54,195 nucleotides of DNA from positions 1 through 54,195 of the forward strand of contig JAVEEG010000254.1 of NCBI GenBank assembly GCA_030840585.1, written 5' to 3'. Positions 18,201-26,797 of this stretch are shown here, piece after piece. This DNA comes from Frankiaceae bacterium (GTDB taxonomy: Bacteria > Actinomycetota > Actinomycetes > JAFAQI01). Made by a program: the position numbers and the translations under genes. Positions within the stretch are counted from its first letter, which is position 1; every line of letters begins with the position of its first letter. The notes below the pieces were generated by a model. The model worked only from the letters and a program-made list of their open reading frames with translations, had not been told where the DNA came from and searched no databases.

Positions 18201-18682
18201 AGCCGCGCCGGCTGCCACGACGACCCGCCGTCGCGCGACGTCAGCAGCTGTACGGCGTCACTCGCGGTCCATCCGCCCGCGACGCAGTCAGCCGGCGACG
18301 GGCACGCGATCGACGCGATCGAACCGCCGACGTCCGGGATCTGCGCCGCGGCCCACGAAACGCCGCCATCGTGCGTCACCAGCAGGTTGCCGCCGCCGGC
18401 GACGAAGCCCTCGCGGTCGTCGACGAAGGTGACCGTGTCGAGGTAACTCACCCGCAACTGCCGGTTGCGAACGCTCCAGGTCGGCGCCGCAGATGGCTGG
18501 GCAGCGGGCACTGCACCGCCCATGGCGAGTGCTTGCGGGCTGGCAGTCTGCGCCTGCACCGCGGCTGCCGACGCGGCCGATTCGGGTGCGATGCGAGTCG
18601 CGATCGCTACGGCGAGAGCGAGCAGCACCGACAGCGTGACGACGACGGGGACGCCCCCCATGCCGCGGCCCGAACGACGCAC
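15221..18682 (-). CDS. Asp-box (BNR)/Ycf48-like beta-propeller repeat protein fused to a C-terminal polytopic membrane domain carrying an HExxH motif
   Basis: 1153 aa with an N-terminal anchor. About 11 'DGGxSW/DGGxTW'-type repeats are present (DGGVSW, DGGSSW, DGGKTW, DGGRSW, DGGATW, DGGRTW, DGGAHW, DAGRSW, DGGVTW, DLGTTW, DAGQTW). The last ~300 aa contain multiple TM helices with 'FEPGYLYGVV', 'HEEAH' (15752-15766) and 'NTVIVLLPLRF'. Confidence 0.8.
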   Translation of the reverse strand: MRRSGRGMGGVPVVVTLSVLLALAVAIATRIAPESAASAAAVQAQTASPQALAMGGAVPAAQPSAAPTWSVRNRQLRVSYLDTVTFVDDREGFVAGGGNLLVTHDGGVSWAAAQIPDVGGSIASIACPSPADCVAGGWTASDAVQLLTSRDGGSSWQPARLPSGRRDLTHLACSNASRCVAVGQGIGQSPWELQSDDGGKTWQAAQPPPALKSLSVLECSADGSCLAAGGSQSPRSFRPYGYAVIDRSIDGGRSWTQASVPQVQATCSTSSGGAVTCNGPVGPVPRGSFTPLWPPTTISCPTPTVCLEENIGPRELSSHDGGATWQLAPTSTKGCPPGQTFCSAYLPVATEFVTPTLGWRSAYDECGGFNFATESYQSCAADIEKTTDGGRTWTPTVNTDYVPSISCPDATHCWAVETTNSSGSVMSTSDGGAHWSLTSLTGGGLLNNLTCASASVCFASGSDPSGNPAVLRSSDAGRSWAAAAIPQPASKPSSPPFVGPRASYIDGLACTTTTTCLAAATDAMYATRDGGVTWSPVAAPTAPGTAVTVFGVTCADTAACVVATTNGLFRSTDLGTTWGSVGPHSSGSLFVTCAPGGRCIADDLGVTARNRTGLLESADAGQTWKAASISLPAGLSGIAFSANSETPGQVYYLSCWDRKHCDAMGLGRTNSGAQRWYLLRTGDGAATWSASTLPADVEYVGSLGCSTSGDCLVAGANNDGAALWSLHGSHLGALAGPSWSRFGRLTSIVCPAQGHCLGTANANDATFVFDVAIPSGASAAWSDSLPTPGAAFSNIGVDLKSAAVATGATLFITFPSQLFNLTFQENYAEIVAWGRRMRERLGRRGRRTSRSQVVPEPSSANRSSPLMIALLVILTGALLGALLNPRIAFDRATLEGYVGVGVALLVSMGCIALSLVGYRARRGLRHPLRLHALPLGLVVAAGCVIVSRLLNFEPGYLYGVVCGVALGKQLREHEEAHIAALSTAATLVLAAASWAAWVPLHAAVQPGGGFFGHVLDNALVALVMSGLVNTVIVLLPLRFMAGWTLIRWRRDAWAAMFALALFTLVAVLARTPASPGPHSSPVVVTIALFVLFGGGSVAFREYFSRKWRRAHGIEIHGLRAHIRELLSVRPNEEVEVLSAPGSAQVVMEEDDPS

Positions 18683-18737
18683 GAGGGCATTGTGCTGGCT
18701 GCCGGACTCATTCCGCCACTGCGGAACTCAGGAACAG

Positions 18738-21005
18738 TTACAGATGAGTTCCATGCGCTGGCGCAACATCCCGAGACGACAAGTCGAGCAGTTCGGCGGG
18801 GACCGGGCGGCCGAGGTAGTAACCCTGGGCTTCGTCGAAACCCAACTCGGCGAGCAGGGCGAGCGTGTCCGCGTCTTCGACGCCCTCGGCGACGACTCGC
18901 AGACCGAGACCCTTCCCGAGAGTCACCGCCGACCGCACGATCGCGGTATCTCGCGCGCCCACCGCACCGGCGAGGGTCTGCACGAAGCTGCGATCGAGCT
19001 TGAGCTCGTCGATCGGCAGATCGCGCAGGTACGCAAGGGAGGAGTAGCCGGTACCGAAGTCGTCGACCGACATCGCGACCCCCGTTTCGCGCAACGCCGT
19101 GATCACTTCGCGGGCCCGGCCGGGGTCGCGCAGCATCGTGGTCTCGGTGATCTCGAGCGTCAGCAGCGTGGGTGAGACGTCGTAGTCATCCAACAGCCGC
19201 TGCACATGCGCAGGCAGGTCGTCGTCGAGCAAATTGTTCGCGGACAGGTTGACCGCGACCCGCAACGGGTTGCCGGCGCGACGCCATGCTGCGCACTGCG
19301 CGATCGCCGTGTCGAGCACGAAGTGTGTCAGCGGCCGCATCAACCGCGCTTCCTCAGCCAACGTGACGAAGACATCGGCCGGGATGGCTCCGCGAGTGCG
19401 GTGCTGCCAGCGCAGCAAGGCTTCGACGCCACACACGCGCCCAGTCGCCAGGTCGATCTTCGGCTGGTAGTGCACGGCGAGTTCGCCTTCATCGATCGCG
19501 CGGCGGAGATCCTCCAGTAACTGCAGTCGATCCCGGCTGGTGTCGGCGGCCGCGTCGAAGACCACCACGCGAGCATTGCCGTTCTTGGCGTGGTACATCG
19601 CGACATCGGCGCACCGCAACAACTCCCGCGTCGTGCGGCCATGCTCGGGCGCCAGCGCGATCCCGACACTGGCCCCGAGATGCACGCTGACTTCGGGAAG
19701 AGCAAACGGGGTTGTAAGAGCGGTGATGACCCGTCCGGCGACGTGGAGGGCGTGGTCCGAATCGGCACCCTCGAGCAGGATCGCGAACTCATCACCGCCG
19801 AGCCGAGCGAGAAGGTCACCCTGGCGTAGTACGCCGTCCATGCGTGGGCCGAGCATCGTGAGCAGCTCGTCCCCGATCTGATGCCCGAAGGCGTCGTTGA
19901 CCTCTTTGAACCGATCGAGGTCAATGAACAGCACCGCGAGCCGGCCATTGCCTACGGCGCCGCTCGCGGCTTCGGCGAGCGCAGCGTCCAGCCGGTTAAG
20001 GAAATGCCGGCGGTTGCTCAGCTGGGTCAGTTCGTCGGTGTGCGCCAGTACCCGCGTCTGGTGCAGCGAATGCAGGTCGTGGAAACCCAATGCCATGCGG
20101 ATGCCGGCGGCGACGAGGGCCGCCCCGGCCAGAACCAGTGCGACCGGGTCCAACGCCAACACGTTGCCGTAGATGAGCAACCCGCCGGCGGTGGCCGCCG
20201 CCGCGAGCGGCGCGACGAGCATTAGCGTCCCGTCCATGCGGACCCGTTCGGACCGCCGGGGAACGAGCCAACCGGCGAACGACATCGCGAGGATCGCCGC
20301 CGGCCACAGCGCGTCGAGATATGTCCCTTCGGCGTACACACCATGCGCGGTCTGGATCAGGTAGACGATGTCGGCGATACCGGCGATGACACTGCCGACC
20401 GCGAGCAGGATCCAGCGCGCCTCCAGCTGCCCGCGGAACAGCGTAAGCATCGCCGCGGCGATGGCGACGAGGATCAGATCGCCGATCGGATAACAGATGT
20501 TGATCGCGATCGTCAGCGCGGCACCAGAGCTGACACTGACGATCGCGTCGTAACCGAACGTGGCGGCGATCGCGGCAGCGCCGAGCGCCACGATCACGCC
20601 GTCCCACCACAGCGCCGGTGGGAACCGGGTCGCACGCGAGCGGATCACCAGCACCAGGCCGACGTAGGCAAGGGGGTAGAAGGCGAGGTAACCGACATCG
20701 GCCAGCGACGGCCCGGGCGGTGACCCGCCACCGAACTCCAGCGTCCAGTAGACGTCGCCCGCAGACCAGATGAGCAGACCGGCTCCGAATGCTGCCCACG
20801 CGCCGCGGAGCAGCGGAACGGTACGGGCGCGGACGAGGCACAGCACCGCGGCACCGACCTGGATGGCATTGGTGACGCCGTTGTCCAGCAACGTCGAGTG
20901 CCAACCCCTCGGTCGCAGCAGGGTCGACGCGGCGTATCCGGCCAGCAGCACGGCCAGCGTGGCATACCCGAAGCGAGCCCGGCGGGGCATGAGTGCTGCG
21001 CGCAT
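18738..21005 (-). CDS. membrane-bound GGDEF-EAL protein, paralogous to 8291..10435
   Basis: Motifs: 'HTDELTQLSNRR', 'DLDRFKEVNDAFGHQIGD', 'RLGGDEFAIL', 'YQPKID...GVEALLRW', 'LEITETT', 'DDFGTGYSSLAYL', 'EGVEDADT', 'QGYYLGRP'. The N-terminal multi-TM domain shares motifs with the 8291 protein. Confidence 0.9.
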   Translation of the reverse strand: MRAALMPRRARFGYATLAVLLAGYAASTLLRPRGWHSTLLDNGVTNAIQVGAAVLCLVRARTVPLLRGAWAAFGAGLLIWSAGDVYWTLEFGGGSPPGPSLADVGYLAFYPLAYVGLVLVIRSRATRFPPALWWDGVIVALGAAAIAATFGYDAIVSVSSGAALTIAINICYPIGDLILVAIAAAMLTLFRGQLEARWILLAVGSVIAGIADIVYLIQTAHGVYAEGTYLDALWPAAILAMSFAGWLVPRRSERVRMDGTLMLVAPLAAAATAGGLLIYGNVLALDPVALVLAGAALVAAGIRMALGFHDLHSLHQTRVLAHTDELTQLSNRRHFLNRLDAALAEAASGAVGNGRLAVLFIDLDRFKEVNDAFGHQIGDELLTMLGPRMDGVLRQGDLLARLGGDEFAILLEGADSDHALHVAGRVITALTTPFALPEVSVHLGASVGIALAPEHGRTTRELLRCADVAMYHAKNGNARVVVFDAAADTSRDRLQLLEDLRRAIDEGELAVHYQPKIDLATGRVCGVEALLRWQHRTRGAIPADVFVTLAEEARLMRPLTHFVLDTAIAQCAAWRRAGNPLRVAVNLSANNLLDDDLPAHVQRLLDDYDVSPTLLTLEITETTMLRDPGRAREVITALRETGVAMSVDDFGTGYSSLAYLRDLPIDELKLDRSFVQTLAGAVGARDTAIVRSAVTLGKGLGLRVVAEGVEDADTLALLAELGFDEAQGYYLGRPVPAELLDLSSRDVAPAHGTHL

Positions 21006-21150
21006 GAAATCCCCGAATCGGCCGACGGCGGTGTGTCACCTGTGACTGGCATCGGCGCCGGCGCCCGTGGCAACGAGGGGCCGAAGGTCCCGACCTAGCC
21101 ACGGGTATGCCATGCCTGGCGACATGGGTCGTATCGGACCCCGGCTGCTG

Positions 21151-21169
21151 GACTTCGGAATACGAAGTC
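21151..21169. promoter_or_regulatory. palindrome GACTTCG-gaata-CGAAGTC upstream of the HxlR-type regulator gene (candidate operator)
   Basis: Perfect 7-bp inverted repeat ending 45 nt before ATG 21214. Confidence 0.3.
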
Positions 21170-21213
21170 TAGGCTTCGGAGGACAAAGTTTCACCGAGAC
21201 CGGAGTCCAATCC

Positions 21214-21885
21214 ATGGCGGACAAGGTGTACGGGCACTACTGCGGCCTGGCGAAGGCGCTCGACGTCGTCGGTGAGCGCTGGACTTTGCTCGTCATTCGC
21301 GAGCTATCCCTGGGTCCGAAACGGTTCTCCGACCTCGAGGCGGGCCTCGCCGGCATCAGCACCTCGATCCTCACCGAACGGTTGGCCCGGCTGGAAGACG
21401 CGGACCTGATCAAGCGACAGACCCTCCCGCCGCCCGCCGGCTCGAAGGTGTACGCGCTCACGACCGACGGGTGGGCGCTCGCCCAAGCGATGGTGCCGCT
21501 CGCGGCCTGGGGAGTGCGATTACTCGCGGCGCAACCGAAGATGCCGAGCGAGGCATACCGGCCGGCGTGGGGGCTGATGTTCCAGAGCGCGACCTTCGAT
21601 CGCGACACGGCGCGCGGCGTGCACGATCGGTACGAGTACCACATCGACGACTCAGTCGTGACCGTCGTCGTCGATGACGGGCGGATGCGCGTCATCGAAG
21701 CGCCGAGCGACCAGCCACCCGACGTACGCATCTACGCCGACGCCGCGACGTTCGCCGACGTCGGCCTCGGCCGGATGCCCATCCGCACCGCGATCCGTGA
21801 CAAGCAGCTACAGCTCGTCGGCGACGCCGACGCGAAGAAACGGTTCCTGCACATCATGCGCCCGCTGATCGGAGCACAACGTTGA
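21214..21885 (+). CDS. HxlR-family winged-helix transcriptional regulator with a C-terminal SCP2-like extension
   Basis: Track ORF is 21067..21885; in-frame ATG 21214 was chosen. 'YCGLAKALDVVGERWTLLVIRELSLGPKRFSDLEAGLAGISTSILTERLARLEDADLI' is a typical HxlR signature. Confidence 0.85.
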   Translation: MADKVYGHYCGLAKALDVVGERWTLLVIRELSLGPKRFSDLEAGLAGISTSILTERLARLEDADLIKRQTLPPPAGSKVYALTTDGWALAQAMVPLAAWGVRLLAAQPKMPSEAYRPAWGLMFQSATFDRDTARGVHDRYEYHIDDSVVTVVVDDGRMRVIEAPSDQPPDVRIYADAATFADVGLGRMPIRTAIRDKQLQLVGDADAKKRFLHIMRPLIGAQR

Positions 21886-22277
21886 ACGGTCCTTGGATCG
21901 CGGCCGGGATCCTGGCCCTCGTCGGCACCGGCATCCACGCAATCGGCGGCGAGAAGATCGTGTTCTCGACCACCCACGAACGCGCCCTCCCGGCAACCCG
22001 GGAAACAACGACGGCTCGCTCGCTCACCCGCACGACGTGGCACCTGACGACGGCCGCGTTTGCGGTCCTCGGCGCGGCCGCACTCATCTGCGGTTTCACC
22101 GAGACGACCGACGCGACGAAAGGCGCGGCGCGGGTCGTCGCGGCGAGCTTCTCCGCGTTCGCCCTAGTCGTCGTCGGGTCGGCACTCGCGCGCGGCGGCC
22201 GGAACCTCGTCCGCCACCCGGCACCGCTGATGCTCTCGCTCACGGCCGCCCTCGCATGGTGGGGTCTCAGTGCTTAA
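21882..22277 (+). CDS. small membrane protein
   Basis: 131 aa with about four hydrophobic helices. The TTG start overlaps the HxlR stop (TTGA). Confidence 0.55.
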   Translation: MNGPWIAAGILALVGTGIHAIGGEKIVFSTTHERALPATRETTTARSLTRTTWHLTTAAFAVLGAAALICGFTETTDATKGAARVVAASFSAFALVVVGSALARGGRNLVRHPAPLMLSLTAALAWWGLSA

Positions 22278-22866
22278 CCACCCGACGGCGCGACTGCCGG
22301 AGAGCGCGCATTACCAACAACCATGGCGGATTCACGATCTCGCGCCGGAGTTCCAGCTCGAAGACGTGTGGGCGCTGCCGGTGACCGGCGAACGAGACGA
22401 CTTCGCCCGGCTCGTCCGGCTGCTGACCGCACCCGGCACGGCGGAGAACGCCTCCACACTGACCCGGCTGCTGTTCGCCGCCCGCAAACAGATCGGCCGG
22501 CTGCTCCGCTGGGACGACGATCCGGCAGATCAAGACGCCAGCACACTGCTGCGCCACCGGCTCCCCGACGACCAATCGCCACCACCGACGACCGGCGACA
22601 GCCCGTTCCTGCCGATCTACCAGACCGACGACGAATGGGCCGCTGAGCTGGTCAACCGAACGGTGCACGGCGTACTCCACGTCGGCTGGGTCCAGGACTC
22701 CAACAACGGCTACCGCGGCCAGCTCGCCGTCCTGGTGAAACCGAACGGGCGCCTCGGCTCCGCGTATCTACTAGCCATCCGCCCGTTCCGGTACGCGATC
22801 GTCTACCCGGCACTGCTGCGCAGCATCGAACGAAAATGGAAAGCCGATGCGCTCACTCGTCCTTGA
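22270..22866 (+). CDS. DUF2867-like protein
   Basis: 198 aa. The N-terminal 'PWRIHDLAPEFQLEDVWALP' pattern is recalled from DUF2867 proteins. The gene overlaps both neighbours. Confidence 0.5.
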   Translation: MLNHPTARLPESAHYQQPWRIHDLAPEFQLEDVWALPVTGERDDFARLVRLLTAPGTAENASTLTRLLFAARKQIGRLLRWDDDPADQDASTLLRHRLPDDQSPPPTTGDSPFLPIYQTDDEWAAELVNRTVHGVLHVGWVQDSNNGYRGQLAVLVKPNGRLGSAYLLAIRPFRYAIVYPALLRSIERKWKADALTRP

Positions 22867-23851
22867 GGCGCCGGAACAACTGGCCTGGCACGACGTGCCC
22901 GAGCCGCAACGACAGCACGAACGCGAAGCGATCGTCCGTCCGCTCGCCGTCGCGACCTGCGGCCTCGACCAACCGATGATCTACGGCCTCACCCCGTTCG
23001 CGATGCCGATCCAGCTCGGGCACGAATGCGTCGCCGAAGTCGTCGACGGCCCGGAGACGTTCCAGCCCGGAGACAAGGTCGTCGTACCGTTCCAGATCTC
23101 CTGCGGCGCCTGCCCGCGCTGCCAACGCGGCCAGACCGGAAACTGCGCCAGCGTGCCGGCCCTGTCGATGTATGGCTTCGGCCCACTCGGCGGCGACTGG
23201 GGCGGGATGCTCAGCGACCTCGCACTGGTCCCGTACGCCGACGCGATGCTGGTCCCGTTGCCGGACGGCGTCGACCCGACCGCAGTTGCGAGTGTTGCCG
23301 ACAACGTCCCCGACGGCTGGCGCGCGGTCGCACCCGCACTCGCGCAACGACCCGGTGCCGACGTTCTCGTCGTCGGCGGGCTGATCGGACCGATCCCGCT
23401 GTACGCCGTCGACGCCGCGCTCGCCCTCGGCGCCACCTCCGTCACCTACGTCGACACCGACCCCGGCCGGCTGGCCGTTGCCGAGACGCTCGGCGCCACC
23501 GTCATCGACGGTCAGCCGGATCGCAGCATCGGCATGTGGCCAGTGACGGTCGACGGCACCGGCACACCGGAGGGGCTGGTCGCGACGCTGCGGGCGACCG
23601 AATGGGGCGGGCGTTGCACCTCGTTGGGACAGCTCGCGGAGACCGGCGCACTCCCCCTGTTCGAGCTCTACACCCGCGGCGTCGAACTGCACATCGGCCG
23701 GGCGATGGTCCGGCCGTCGATACCCGCGATCCTCGACCTTGTCGCGGCCGGCCGGATGCGCCCGCAGTTGGTCACGAGCGCCACCGCCGGGTGGGATGAC
23801 GCGCCGTACGCGCTGCTCGAACCGACCACCAAACTCGTGCTGCATCGCTAG
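22847..23851 (+). CDS. zinc-dependent alcohol dehydrogenase (MDR) family oxidoreductase
   Basis: Motifs: 'MRSLVLEAPEQLAWHDVPEP', 'GHECVAEVV', the structural-zinc cluster 'CGACPRCQRGQTGNC', and the Rossmann segment 'VLVVGGLIGPI'. Confidence 0.85.
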   Translation: MRSLVLEAPEQLAWHDVPEPQRQHEREAIVRPLAVATCGLDQPMIYGLTPFAMPIQLGHECVAEVVDGPETFQPGDKVVVPFQISCGACPRCQRGQTGNCASVPALSMYGFGPLGGDWGGMLSDLALVPYADAMLVPLPDGVDPTAVASVADNVPDGWRAVAPALAQRPGADVLVVGGLIGPIPLYAVDAALALGATSVTYVDTDPGRLAVAETLGATVIDGQPDRSIGMWPVTVDGTGTPEGLVATLRATEWGGRCTSLGQLAETGALPLFELYTRGVELHIGRAMVRPSIPAILDLVAAGRMRPQLVTSATAGWDDAPYALLEPTTKLVLHR

Positions 23852-23863
23852 CAACCGAGCCGG

Positions 23864-26797
23864 TCAGTCGACGACCCGTACGGCGATCGCCGGCTTGATC
23901 TGCGACGCCCGCCGGGCCGGACCCAAGGTCGCGAGCAACGACGCGACGAACGTGGCGAGTGCGAGCAAGCCGATGGTGCCCCAGACGATTGGGAACCCGT
24001 TGCGGACACCGTCGAACGCGGCACTGCGCTGGTACATCAGCCAGGTCATCAACACACCCAGCGTCGCGCCGAGCAGGATCCCTTCGAGCGCGACCAGACC
24101 GCTCTCAAGCAGGAACGACCGCGCGACCGTACGGGCCCGGAATCCCAACGCCCGCAACACACCGATGGTCCGGCGCCGCTCCCGCACGGCCCGCACCATG
24201 ACGACGCCGAGACCGGTGATCCCCACCAGCAGGCCGAGCGCCAGGAAGCCTTGCATCAGCCGGAAGAACGCCGTGTTCGCGGCGAACATCTTGCGCACGT
24301 TCGCGGCGATGGCCGTCGCGACCAGACTCGACCGCAAGTAGGCGCCCTGTAGCTGCGGCGCGAGCCGGGTCGGATCAGTTCCCGGCGTCGTCCGGACGAA
24401 TGCCGACCGCACCATCGCCGCGCTGCCGAACTGCTGGCGCACCGATGCCTGCGACATCACTACGGGGAACGCACTCGCGCCCTCGCCAGTCGCGGGGTAG
24501 AAAGCCAACCCACTCTTGAGGATGCCCGCGATGGTCTTCGTCGCCGTCCGTCCGGTGGCCGGGTCGGTGACGGTGAATTGATCGCCAGGGTCATACCAAC
24601 GGCCGTTGGGTCCGCCGGTCGCACCGAAGAACGCGTCGAGCACGACATAGTCGGCGTTCGTCTCGAGCAGCCGCCACACCGCGGCGTCACTGCGCGCCGA
24701 CGCCAACCGCCGGTCGAAGCGCATCGCGGTCAACCGGTCCGGCGGCACGCCGATCGCGATGGCCCGTAGCGGTGACGACGTTCGATGCCCCGGGTCGCTC
24801 GCCATCGCGAGCGCACTCGTCAGCGGCACAACTGACCCGACCTTCGATTGGAACGAGCCGGTCGAGAGCGCGGACAAGGTCGCGTCCGCGGTCGTCGGAT
24901 TGAAGTCGACGCGCAACGAGTAGCCCGCCGTCGCGTCCGCCACCTGCTGGTCGACGCTCTTCGTGATCATTCCGCTGATCTCCGCGAGCAGCACCAGCAC
25001 CAGCGTGATCAGCGTGTACATCACCAGCGTCGCGCCGGTGCGGAACCGCTTCACCAGCGGATAGGCCACCGCCAGCTTGGCCGCGAGCCCGCCCTCCGAC
25101 GGTCGGGCGATCAACCGGCGGGCCGGCCACAGCAACACCTGCTGGTTCTGCGACACCAAGATGACGCCGGAGAACGCGACCAGCGTTCCGCTCACGACGT
25201 AGACCGCCATCGACGGTGTGTCGAAGATGGCCGGCCGGACGACCGGCGCCAGCAATCCCCACGCCAGCACGAACGCCGCGGTGGCCGTCGCTGTCAGTCG
25301 CGCCGAGAGCCGGGTACGCAGCAACGGCACCAGCAGGAACGCGACCAGTGACGGCAACAACAACGTCGGCACCGGCGCACTGGTCGCCAGCGCCGGCACC
25401 GACGCGACCGCGAGCAATACCGCACCGGCGGTGCCGCCGATCAGCAGCCAGCGGCGGGCACGCCGGGTGATGCTCGGTGGCAGGTCGCGGATCGCCGCGA
25501 TGATGTTGAACCGGCTGATCCGCACGCTGGTCAGGAAGATGGTCGCGATGGCGATGACAAGGCCCATCGCGACACCGTTGATGATGCTCGTCGGTGTCAC
25601 CGCGAACGCGATCGCGATACCGGTTCCGTCTTCGGTCCAGCCGCTGAATATCTTCGCCGCGACGAGCGCGACGCCGTAACCGACGCCGATGCCGACGAGG
25701 ATGCCGGGAACGATCGACGCCGCTGCGTACGTTGCTCCTTCGAGCGTGAGCGCACCGACGAGTCGTGACCGCTTCATCCCGAGCGCGCGCAACATGCCGA
25801 GCTGCGCCTTCCGCTCCTCGGCCAGCATCACGAAGATGTTCACCAGCAACAACGCACCGGCGATGATGCTGAAACTTCCGATCATCAGGAACAGCGCACC
25901 GAGTGCGTCACCGGTCTGCTTCGCGTTCTTCAGCACGGTGCGCTTCGGCGTCTCGACGTTGACGTGGCCGGCGATCGGTCCCAGCGCCGCGCGGATCGCG
26001 CTCGACACCTCGGCGCTGAGGCGGTCGCCGGACTCGACGCCGCCGCGGTTCGACACGAACGTCGCCGTTTGCGGCTGGTGCCCCGCTCGCTGGGCCGCCG
26101 CGCCAAGAACTCCAGCGGGCAAGAATGCGTTGCGGTTCACGCTCGCACCGGTGCCGGCACCGGCCAACCCGCGCTCGGCGACGATCCGCGCCACCGTGAA
26201 CCGCTGCGGTTCGCCGTACAGGAACAACGTCAGCTCGTCTCCGGGGCCGACCCGCAGGCTGCGCGCCAGCGGCTGGTTGAGTACGACGAAGCCCGGGCCG
26301 GGTCGCGCGCCGTCGAGCCCGGACGCGCCGCCCGCGGCGCCGAATCGAGCCGCGGCGGCGAAGTCGATGTCCCAGGCGAGCACCCGCGGTTCGGCGCGGC
26401 GGCCGGATCGGCTGGTCGCAAGCGCGGCGGCCTGGTCGACCCGCGCCGTCAGCACTCCGTCGATGCGTGGATCGCCGGACAGCACCGCCAGCCTCGACGC
26501 CACCGCGGCACCGGTGCCGGGATCGGTTGCGATGACGCGTTCGTCGATCGGACCGAGGGTGCGGTAGGCCTCCTGCCGCACCGAGTGGTTCAACGTGTCG
26601 CCGACGACGAGCGCGCCGATGATGATGGCCGTGCCGAGCACCGAACCGGTGACCACCAGCGCGGCCTCGGTCTTGCGCCGCGCGACCTGCCGGCCGGCGA
26701 GCCGCCGGGACACCGGTTGCCGGATCAACAGCAGCGCGATGGCGACCGCGCACAGCCCGACGATGACCAGCAGCGGGAGCAACAGGTTCGGATACAT
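23864..26797 (-). CDS. ABC transporter permease, duplicated FtsX/MacB-type
   Basis: 977 aa with two FtsX-like four-helix modules, each preceded by a large extracytoplasmic loop. Its start abuts the stop of the ATPase gene. Confidence 0.85.
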   Translation of the reverse strand: MYPNLLLPLLVIVGLCAVAIALLLIRQPVSRRLAGRQVARRKTEAALVVTGSVLGTAIIIGALVVGDTLNHSVRQEAYRTLGPIDERVIATDPGTGAAVASRLAVLSGDPRIDGVLTARVDQAAALATSRSGRRAEPRVLAWDIDFAAAARFGAAGGASGLDGARPGPGFVVLNQPLARSLRVGPGDELTLFLYGEPQRFTVARIVAERGLAGAGTGASVNRNAFLPAGVLGAAAQRAGHQPQTATFVSNRGGVESGDRLSAEVSSAIRAALGPIAGHVNVETPKRTVLKNAKQTGDALGALFLMIGSFSIIAGALLLVNIFVMLAEERKAQLGMLRALGMKRSRLVGALTLEGATYAAASIVPGILVGIGVGYGVALVAAKIFSGWTEDGTGIAIAFAVTPTSIINGVAMGLVIAIATIFLTSVRISRFNIIAAIRDLPPSITRRARRWLLIGGTAGAVLLAVASVPALATSAPVPTLLLPSLVAFLLVPLLRTRLSARLTATATAAFVLAWGLLAPVVRPAIFDTPSMAVYVVSGTLVAFSGVILVSQNQQVLLWPARRLIARPSEGGLAAKLAVAYPLVKRFRTGATLVMYTLITLVLVLLAEISGMITKSVDQQVADATAGYSLRVDFNPTTADATLSALSTGSFQSKVGSVVPLTSALAMASDPGHRTSSPLRAIAIGVPPDRLTAMRFDRRLASARSDAAVWRLLETNADYVVLDAFFGATGGPNGRWYDPGDQFTVTDPATGRTATKTIAGILKSGLAFYPATGEGASAFPVVMSQASVRQQFGSAAMVRSAFVRTTPGTDPTRLAPQLQGAYLRSSLVATAIAANVRKMFAANTAFFRLMQGFLALGLLVGITGLGVVMVRAVRERRRTIGVLRALGFRARTVARSFLLESGLVALEGILLGATLGVLMTWLMYQRSAAFDGVRNGFPIVWGTIGLLALATFVASLLATLGPARRASQIKPAIAVRVVD

